A DNA stretch of 64,000 bases from positions 64,001 to 128,000 of IMG/VR virus record IMGVR_UViG_3300022917_000008; one strand, written 5' to 3'. This DNA is from a virus (lineage: Duplodnaviria; Caudoviricetes). Below the pieces are notes generated by a model that made no database searches, was not told the origin of the DNA, and saw only the letters and a program-made list of their open reading frames with translations. Shown one piece after another: positions 56,385 to 64,000 of the stretch; the stretch's first letter is position 1; each line of letters begins with the position of its first letter. Made by a program: the position numbers and the translations under genes.

Positions 56385-59258
56385 ATGCCTTCATTTTTAG
56401 AAAGAGAGCAACTATTACCAGTAGCACCTTCAATAGCTCCTGCAGACCAAGTGCTTGGTGCCTTTGGCACTAGGCAGTCCTTATTTGGTATAGGGGCTTC
56501 TCAACTTAAGAGTGCATACAACAGTTATAGCACTATGCCTCTTACCAACCAACAGAACCAAATGCAGTTGGATGGACTGCTTAAGGAAGCAGGCACAAAC
56601 ATAAAGAAAGCCTCAGTTAGTGACCTTAGTGTTGGTGATAATCAATCAGCTGCTATGAGTGCCTTTGATCCCATTATAAAGGACCCAGATATAATGGCTG
56701 ATGCTGCTTTAACTAAGGGATGGAATGCTGGTAGGAGCAGAGCAGATGCTGATAGAATAAGTAGTGGAGGAAAGAGATTCAACTCTGCTTCCCTTGATGC
56801 TATCAACTATCAACAGCAGCTGTATGCCAAGTCCAGCAAGGATTCATGGAGAGCCTTCTATAACAATAGGGAATCTTACAGTCCTTACTATGACACCACA
56901 GATGAGATGGGCAAACTACAGAAGATGTTCAAGACTGATGTCATTGAGAAGGACCAACAGAATGGAGCCTATATCACTACAACTAAGGACTCATCTTGGT
57001 ACAAAGACAAGTGGCAACAGTTTGTAGAGGCTAATGCCTCACCACAATTGAAGGCACAGATTAGTACTCAATCCAGAGCTGAATACTATAGGGACATGCT
57101 GACTATGCCTAAGGATGCTATCATAGCCAAATACACTGGTCTAAGGAATGAATTACTGAAGAAACAGATGAGAGTAGATGCACAGAACATGATGAACATA
57201 GGTGCATCACTTGCTATGTTTCATGATAGTAAAGATAACTCTCCTCTTAGATCACAGCTACTTGCACAAGCCTCATATCTGAATGATCAATATAGTAAGA
57301 AGAAGCAGGCCTTTGATAGTCCTCTTGAAGGAGCAGATGCACTTGGTGATGTTAACAATCTTGCAATAGGTTCTAGGATTGCAGAAGGTCTTGGGCAGCA
57401 TTCCTACTTTGATAAGGTAGGTGATGCCTTTGCTCACAAAGAAGAAAAGATCAGTATCAAACCTGACTATGCTTACCTGTCTCTGAAGAAGCTACAAGAA
57501 CAATCCAGGGAATTTGGCATCAGGCAAAGTGAGATTGGTAGACACAATAGAGCACTTGAACAGCATGCTTCTAACATGGAGCAGATTGACCTAATTAAAG
57601 CTCAGGCTGCTATTATGAGAGCTAAAGGTAGTGGTAAGAAGGGTATAGGTGATGATGAAGAAGACAACAATCCTTCTAATAGTACAAGTACTGGATTACA
57701 GAACACTAACAGTGTTAGCCCGGCTGGCAATAGTGAGAAGGCACAAACACAAGGACAGTCAATTCTGGATCACCTAGGAAACACACAGAAGCAGTACAAT
57801 GATGTATATGATAATGTGTCTAGTGCTGTATTCTCCCCTCAGTTGATGAATAGCATAAGTGGCCTAGCAAATGATCCATCAAAAGCTGGCCTCAAACTAA
57901 CAGATGTACCTGATCCCACTACAGCCACAGATGGTACAGGTGGTAATAGATCAAGACTACTAAAATTCATAGTAGCTGCAGGAGCACTTGATCAGGATGC
58001 AGGTGGACAGATACTAGGTAATCTAACTGGGGACAAGTATGATCCTGAGACTGCTGCTAAAGATTTGACTGTGGCAGATGCAAGACAATTACTTAGGACA
58101 ATATTCTCTGATCCCAAGATGTTACAGAAGGGCATAGCAGCTATTAAGGGTAATGATCCCTCAATAAACTCCTATGCAATAGCAGCTGAGATTGAAAAGA
58201 GAAAACAAAGGATAGATGGAGAGCATACTGACATTATTAGTCAGGCTATTCCATTAGTCAAGACTAACCTGGAAAGGTACAGTTCACTATTTGAGTCTGA
58301 CTTCTTCTCTAAGGGCAAAATACCTACTAAGGATGAAGTAAGAAAGATCATGCAGACTGTCCCACTAAGTGTACTAAAGGATCAAACACCTAATCCAGGA
58401 GTATTCAAGTCCCCACAGTTCAAGTCTCAGGAAGACTATTACAGGGACCTTGCTACTGATAATGTGATGAAGACTATCCTTGGTACATTGGGTAACAATA
58501 GGACTGCTTACAATACACAATACCAGGATTATTTCCCTGCTAAGGGTAATGCCCAGGCAGATAATGCTTTCAAGAATAACCTGCAGACCCTGATTGAAGG
58601 AGCACAAACTCAAACTAAGGGATTACCTAGTGGAGTGTTAAGTACCCTAGACTATGCTAGGCATCACCCAAGTGCAGTAGAGTATGTAAGAATGAATTCA
58701 GTAGATGAAGCCCATGACACTCCCTGGATGCAGATTTATTTCAAGACTCCATCTAGTGCAGCTGAAAGAGCACTTGTGCCTGAATCTGGGATTGGTATTC
58801 CCACTACTAATGCTAATGACAAGTTTAGACAGGTACCACTAGATGACAGGACCACCCTGCTGAATAACAAGGCATTGAAGTTCCAAGTTACCTACAATGA
58901 TGGAAAGAAGTCTAACCTATCCATCTATAATAGCAGTGGAGACAAGTCTAATCCAATGTTTGATATTAACCCTGATTTCTCTTACCAAACACTAGACATA
59001 GACAGGAGAACAGGTGACATCAAAGGTATAGTTACTGTACACAAGGCAGATGAGGTTAACAACTTGACACAAGGTAGACCTCAGTTGTTCTCACAGGCAA
59101 TAGGCCTTGACCCAACTCAGGTATACAACACACTTGCTAACAAACTAATAAAGAATAGAGATGCAGTTGATGAGTATATGAAGGCTAATGGTAGGATCAA
59201 GAACATCAATGACCTACCAGAATACATAAAGACTGCTCTCAAAAACAATTCATTCTAA
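56385..59258 (+). CDS. large virion ejection protein
   Basis: 957 aa, helical, precedes the giant ORF. Confidence 0.6.
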   Translation: MPSFLEREQLLPVAPSIAPADQVLGAFGTRQSLFGIGASQLKSAYNSYSTMPLTNQQNQMQLDGLLKEAGTNIKKASVSDLSVGDNQSAAMSAFDPIIKDPDIMADAALTKGWNAGRSRADADRISSGGKRFNSASLDAINYQQQLYAKSSKDSWRAFYNNRESYSPYYDTTDEMGKLQKMFKTDVIEKDQQNGAYITTTKDSSWYKDKWQQFVEANASPQLKAQISTQSRAEYYRDMLTMPKDAIIAKYTGLRNELLKKQMRVDAQNMMNIGASLAMFHDSKDNSPLRSQLLAQASYLNDQYSKKKQAFDSPLEGADALGDVNNLAIGSRIAEGLGQHSYFDKVGDAFAHKEEKISIKPDYAYLSLKKLQEQSREFGIRQSEIGRHNRALEQHASNMEQIDLIKAQAAIMRAKGSGKKGIGDDEEDNNPSNSTSTGLQNTNSVSPAGNSEKAQTQGQSILDHLGNTQKQYNDVYDNVSSAVFSPQLMNSISGLANDPSKAGLKLTDVPDPTTATDGTGGNRSRLLKFIVAAGALDQDAGGQILGNLTGDKYDPETAAKDLTVADARQLLRTIFSDPKMLQKGIAAIKGNDPSINSYAIAAEIEKRKQRIDGEHTDIISQAIPLVKTNLERYSSLFESDFFSKGKIPTKDEVRKIMQTVPLSVLKDQTPNPGVFKSPQFKSQEDYYRDLATDNVMKTILGTLGNNRTAYNTQYQDYFPAKGNAQADNAFKNNLQTLIEGAQTQTKGLPSGVLSTLDYARHHPSAVEYVRMNSVDEAHDTPWMQIYFKTPSSAAERALVPESGIGIPTTNANDKFRQVPLDDRTTLLNNKALKFQVTYNDGKKSNLSIYNSSGDKSNPMFDINPDFSYQTLDIDRRTGDIKGIVTVHKADEVNNLTQGRPQLFSQAIGLDPTQVYNTLANKLIKNRDAVDEYMKANGRIKNINDLPEYIKTALKNNSF

Positions 59259-62200
59259 TGCCAGATTTCTCTTATCTTGATGCTTCAGGAATTGGACAGA
59301 TAGAAACTCCAACTCAACAACCTAATACATTGCAGGTTGAGGCCCCCCATATTGGTTATGGTCCTGCCAAACCTACTCTGGACTTTGGTAACATATGGAA
59401 GGAAGGTGCACCAGATACTGGTACTACTCCTCTTTTCAATGATACACTGGACATGAGCAAGTTCAAAGGAAAGACTCCTCCTAGATCATTTGATGCTGAT
59501 AGGTTAATACCCTATAAGCAATCAGGTGCCTATAAGGATTTGGGGTACAATCCTGGTATGCCTGAGGATAAGATTCAAGCTCAATACGACTATGATCAGT
59601 CTAATTGGGAGGCAATGAAGTCTTCCGTTAGTGACTTCTTCCATATCACTGGACAATCATTCACTAACTACTTCAAGACTTATGGGGATAGCATTAAGTG
59701 GCTGACTAACAGGAACCAGGAAGGCATCATGTATAATGACCTGATCCCACAAGTGGAAGCAGATAACGAGGCACAAAGGTCCAACCTAAGGTTCAAGGGA
59801 GATGTGCCAACACACTGGTACAACTATATTCCATTCCCAGGATTACTGAAGGGGGATGTGGCTGAGGAACTATTACCTCAGTTAGGATTTACTGTAGGTA
59901 CAGGAGCAGCAGCTATCATTGAGAACCTTGGTGTATCCCTGATGACTGCAGGTACAGGTGAGGCAGCAGAGATTCCCAATACAGCCACAAAAATGTACAA
60001 GCTGATCTCAGAGTTCAATACCTTAGCTAGGGGAACACAACTTGTTAAGAGTGGTGTTTCTGGCACTGTAGAGGGCCTAAGAGCAGGTTTAGATATGTGG
60101 AGGCTTACAAATGCTACACTTTCAGAAACAAGCCTAGAAGCAGCTACAAACCTTGTACAACACAAGCAGAAACTAATCCAGGATTACATAGACAAGAATG
60201 GTCATGCTCCACTAGAAGGTAGTGATGACATGAAGAAAATAGAAAACTCTGCCCATGATGTAGCTAGAGAGACTATGTGGGGGGAGTTCCCCGTCTTATT
60301 TGCAAGTAACTGGATACAATACAGGAACCTGCTTGCTCCCAATCTAGCTAAGAAATTGGCTGAGAATGAGGTGATGAAGGGTATGAAGATTGTCAATACT
60401 GCTGAGAATGGAATCACATCACAATTTGCTGTTTCAGAAGCTGCAAAGGCCACTCTTGGACAAAGGGTAGCAGGTGGAGCATCTCATTTCCTTAAGAATG
60501 CAGTGACAGAAGGTCTGGAGGAAAGTGGACAGAGATTAGTAAGTACTGCTGCATCTGACTATGAGGAAAAGCTGTACCAAGGTAAGGAGCATTCAATGGC
60601 CAATAGTATCTTCCAGGTAGGTGTACCTGACATACTGAGTGATAGTGGACTACAGGAGTTCATGGGTGGATTTGTAACTGGTGGACTATTCCATGCATTT
60701 GGTATGGCTGGTAACAAGCTAGCCACACTCAAGGGTGTATTCAATGAAGATGGCACACTAAGTGGAAAGGGAAATCTGTTAACAAGGATGGGCTTTGGTA
60801 CTGAAGAAATAGCTAGGGCCAAAGTAAAGGGCCAATTACAGTCTGTAGCTAATCTACTTAATACCGAGGACCTGAAGGATATATTCAAGGAAGAAGGTCT
60901 GGCCAATTTCATAAAGGCTACACAGACCTCACAAGCTATGAATGCAGCCCTATTTGAGAATGACCTATTCAATGTAGGCAATCTCAAATCTAATGCCCTA
61001 GTTAGGTTCCTATATACAGGAATGGAGACTGGTAAGCTTGACCTAAGGCTTGCTCAGTTGGATGCATTTAGAGGGCTATCACAAGAGGAGCTGAACAAGT
61101 TCCTTGATATAGACACAGGTGCACTGGACAAGAACACCACTGGAGCTGTCATAGATCATATCATTGAGAAAGCCGGACAAGTAGAAGAAATATTTGATGA
61201 AGAGAAGGATAGGTTCAAGGACAAGGAGATAAGTGCAATCAAAGCCTTTAATACACAGAATACCTCTCATGAAGGACTAGAGCAAACACTAAGGACCAAG
61301 TATGGTATTGATCCTAATGAGAAGGATATAAGGGGACCATTGATACAAAAGCTGGCTGAAGACCCTGAGAATGAGGAATTGAAGACTGATCTTGCTAGTG
61401 CATATGATAGTAATATCAATAGGAACCTATCCTATATGAACCTTGTTGCAGTAAGAGAAGGTAGGAAAGCAGCTGTGTTTGCTGCAGCCCAAATGCAGAT
61501 AGATTCAGATAGAAGTAAGGAAGCTATTGGGACTATGCAGGACTATGATCTTGCATACTCAGACCTCAACAACACACTGAATCTCACTGAATTACAGCAA
61601 CAGCAGAAGGAATTACAGGAGCAAGCTAAGGTATTCCAAGGTGTGGATAGCCAGAAGATGTTAGAGATTGATGACAAACTGAGAAGGCTGGATAGAATCT
61701 TGCATCATCTTTCACTATTCTACAGGGAGAATATTGATGGTTCCCCTTATGGGCATGGTATGCCCATCAGTGAAGCTGACCACTATGATGAAGGTGCTAA
61801 AGCATTGGTGGCAGCAGGTGCTCTATATGACTATCTGCATGATGAACTTGATCCACAGAAGCTAAGAACTAAGGGCAAAGAGACAAGAATGCTTGCTATG
61901 ATCCTTAGACTGGAGAAAAGAAATAGGGATAACCTATCGCTGTATAACAGACTGACTACATCTGATCAAGGGTTTGATGAGTACAGCAAGCAAGAGACAC
62001 AAAAGACAGCTGCTACAATTGGTAGATGGACTAATGAGTACCTGAAACAACATGCAGATGAACCTGAGAGTGAACCTATACAACAACCTACTGAACAGGA
62101 AGAACAAGTGGTAGAGCATGTTGAGCCAGTACAACCTGTACAGACTCAACAACAACAGGACTTTGATGCAATCAAATCTAAGGTTGCAAAGGGAGAACCT

Positions 62201-64000
62201 TTGTCTGATGAGGAAAAACAATTCTTAGCACAGGGGGCCCTAGTTAATCCTGATATAGCTGAGTTCAGAGCTGCTTATCTTGCAAAACAACCCAAGCCCA
62301 CACAACCAGCCGCTGCTGCCACACCTACAGCACCAACAACACAAACTGTATACACTAGTCCCAAGACTGAACAGGCTGGATATAGACCAGATGTAGATAA
62401 AGGACAGAAGCCTGATGAGGTTGCAGAGAAGAGTAGATTACAGGAACATAATGGTCAAGTGATTGGAAACCCCAATAGGACCATTGTCAATGAAGTGCCT
62501 AAGGCTGAATTTGATAAGATACAGCCTAAACTTGAAGGTGGTTACACTGAGTGGAAACAAGGCTTCTTCAATCACATAGCACAGAATGACCTTGTAGATA
62601 GATTCCAGGGTAGACTTGCCATTGATGAAGCTGCAAACTATCCTAAAGGCACTGTACAAAGAGACTTCCTTGAGAAGAATCCTGATAAGGCTGGACTTGT
62701 GCTGATGATCACAGACAAGGCTGGTAACACTAACTTCACTAGGGAATATGTCCCTAGGAAGAATGGTTCCATGAGAATAGTGCATTCAATGCCAAATTCT
62801 CCTGGTAAAGCTGCCCTGCTTACTAAGATGAAGGCTATGGGCATTACACACATTGATGGGATACAGTTCTCTAATCTATCTCAGGGTATATTTGATGAGC
62901 TGGAAAACCCTAGACATACAGCTGAATTACTAGAGGGGATAAGTGCACAGGACTATCAATTCATCATAGCACAAGGAGCTTCTGGTGAAGACATCTACTA
63001 TGACAATGGAATGGCAATGAAGAATGGTGGTCTTTACATTAAGACTGCAGGTTCTTACATTAAGCTGTTACCTGAATATGCTGGTAATCTTGTAATAGGA
63101 ACTGACTCAAATCCAGACGTGTATGGACTACTGGGTAGAAACTATGCTACCTATGAAGATGCTAAGACTATAGCTGAGTTCTTGCAAAAACTGTTCTACA
63201 CTAATAAAGAGAAAGGTGGACTACAGTTCTCTATTGATAAGAATGGAGATCAGTACCAGGTTAATGCTAGTATCATGCAGGTGGGTGCACCTCTACAACT
63301 AACTCCAGTAGAGCTAGCAGGTACACTGAAAGGACAGAGGATCAACATTGACATGAACTCTCTTGGTACTACCCTCAAGTTCTACCATGTAGAGCAAGGG
63401 AAGGTTGTGTCTACTGATGTAGATTACAATGAGTTCCTGAGAAACAATACACTGACTAACAAGAAGGCTTATGAGAACTCAGATGGTAGAAAGGTAATAA
63501 AGCCTGTAAATAGGTACCTGACACTGGCAGCTGATCTGCAACAAATGGCAGATACACTTGAACCACAAGTAGCTCTAACCTTACCACAGGAAACACAGAA
63601 CATTGTATCCAGGATTACTGACAACCAGAAGAAGGTACAAGGTAAGACTGATGATGGACAGTTCTATATCATAGATGGGGAACAGTACAAGAGGGTAACC
63701 AATGTAATACCCAATGACTTTGATGGTGATACCACCCTATATGAGAATAGTAGAATAGCAGGTTCAACTGTAGATGGTATTGTGAGAGCCTTCTTTACAA
63801 CTGGGGACATTACCAAACCTGAGAACATTAGCCAAGCAGCCTTTGATCATATCATAGATGCTCTGGCTGACATCAAGAAGACCATTGAGAGTAGGGGAGA
63901 AATGTTCCTTACTAACAATCTTGTTATGTTTGATACTCAGCTAAAGATAGCTGGGGAGGTAGACATTCTCAGTGTTGATAGTAAAGGGCAGTTCAGAATC
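59258..64000 (+). CDS. giant virion protein (>1580 aa, partial) with a PD-(D/E)XK-like domain at the window edge
   Basis: ATG 59258 coupled to the previous TAA; start and end are in the same frame (MPDFSYLD... ...YKRVT...IAGEVDILSVDSKGQFRI); absent from the ORF track, as expected if no stop occurs. Confidence 0.8.
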   Translation, partial: MPDFSYLDASGIGQIETPTQQPNTLQVEAPHIGYGPAKPTLDFGNIWKEGAPDTGTTPLFNDTLDMSKFKGKTPPRSFDADRLIPYKQSGAYKDLGYNPGMPEDKIQAQYDYDQSNWEAMKSSVSDFFHITGQSFTNYFKTYGDSIKWLTNRNQEGIMYNDLIPQVEADNEAQRSNLRFKGDVPTHWYNYIPFPGLLKGDVAEELLPQLGFTVGTGAAAIIENLGVSLMTAGTGEAAEIPNTATKMYKLISEFNTLARGTQLVKSGVSGTVEGLRAGLDMWRLTNATLSETSLEAATNLVQHKQKLIQDYIDKNGHAPLEGSDDMKKIENSAHDVARETMWGEFPVLFASNWIQYRNLLAPNLAKKLAENEVMKGMKIVNTAENGITSQFAVSEAAKATLGQRVAGGASHFLKNAVTEGLEESGQRLVSTAASDYEEKLYQGKEHSMANSIFQVGVPDILSDSGLQEFMGGFVTGGLFHAFGMAGNKLATLKGVFNEDGTLSGKGNLLTRMGFGTEEIARAKVKGQLQSVANLLNTEDLKDIFKEEGLANFIKATQTSQAMNAALFENDLFNVGNLKSNALVRFLYTGMETGKLDLRLAQLDAFRGLSQEELNKFLDIDTGALDKNTTGAVIDHIIEKAGQVEEIFDEEKDRFKDKEISAIKAFNTQNTSHEGLEQTLRTKYGIDPNEKDIRGPLIQKLAEDPENEELKTDLASAYDSNINRNLSYMNLVAVREGRKAAVFAAAQMQIDSDRSKEAIGTMQDYDLAYSDLNNTLNLTELQQQQKELQEQAKVFQGVDSQKMLEIDDKLRRLDRILHHLSLFYRENIDGSPYGHGMPISEADHYDEGAKALVAAGALYDYLHDELDPQKLRTKGKETRMLAMILRLEKRNRDNLSLYNRLTTSDQGFDEYSKQETQKTAATIGRWTNEYLKQHADEPESEPIQQPTEQEEQVVEHVEPVQPVQTQQQQDFDAIKSKVAKGEPLSDEEKQFLAQGALVNPDIAEFRAAYLAKQPKPTQPAAAATPTAPTTQTVYTSPKTEQAGYRPDVDKGQKPDEVAEKSRLQEHNGQVIGNPNRTIVNEVPKAEFDKIQPKLEGGYTEWKQGFFNHIAQNDLVDRFQGRLAIDEAANYPKGTVQRDFLEKNPDKAGLVLMITDKAGNTNFTREYVPRKNGSMRIVHSMPNSPGKAALLTKMKAMGITHIDGIQFSNLSQGIFDELENPRHTAELLEGISAQDYQFIIAQGASGEDIYYDNGMAMKNGGLYIKTAGSYIKLLPEYAGNLVIGTDSNPDVYGLLGRNYATYEDAKTIAEFLQKLFYTNKEKGGLQFSIDKNGDQYQVNASIMQVGAPLQLTPVELAGTLKGQRINIDMNSLGTTLKFYHVEQGKVVSTDVDYNEFLRNNTLTNKKAYENSDGRKVIKPVNRYLTLAADLQQMADTLEPQVALTLPQETQNIVSRITDNQKKVQGKTDDGQFYIIDGEQYKRVTNVIPNDFDGDTTLYENSRIAGSTVDGIVRAFFTTGDITKPENISQAAFDHIIDALADIKKTIESRGEMFLTNNLVMFDTQLKIAGEVDILSVDSKGQFRI

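Noticed and set aside
24138-64000. Genome-wide TAG reassignment (code 15), suggested by the suppressor tRNA
   Set aside because: Structural genes are full-length and tightly packed in the standard code; the only convincing internal TAG is in the Pth2-like gene.

Overview
Segment of a large Bacteroidetes-infecting, crAss-like (Crassvirales-type) phage genome with very strong CpG depletion. Positions 1-10.75 kb hold leftward small early/accessory genes (SLOG-like, NADAR, macrodomain-like, AP2-like), a tRNA-fMet, several ORF-free structured regions and a canonical parS site near the strand switch. Positions 11-24 kb form a rightward translation island: 25 tRNAs (26 in the window) covering all 20 amino acids and including an amber (CUA) suppressor, interspersed with free-standing endonucleases, an ATP-grasp gene, and an FN3/glycosyltransferase/methyltransferase cassette. 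Positions 24-64 kb hold the virion module: terminase, portal, major capsid, ring and muzzle proteins, fibres, cargo proteins and a giant ORF running off the window. Main finding: three tRNA clusters are each preceded by a short unannotated leader ORF, an antiterminator and an intrinsic terminator. Each leader has 11-13 consecutive codons that match exactly the amino acids of the tRNAs downstream, which suggests ribosome-sensing attenuators that switch on phage tRNAs when the matching host tRNAs are depleted. In addition, a Pth2-like gene directly after the amber suppressor carries an in-frame TAG at codon 3. All calls were made by eye; no database searches or folding programs were run.
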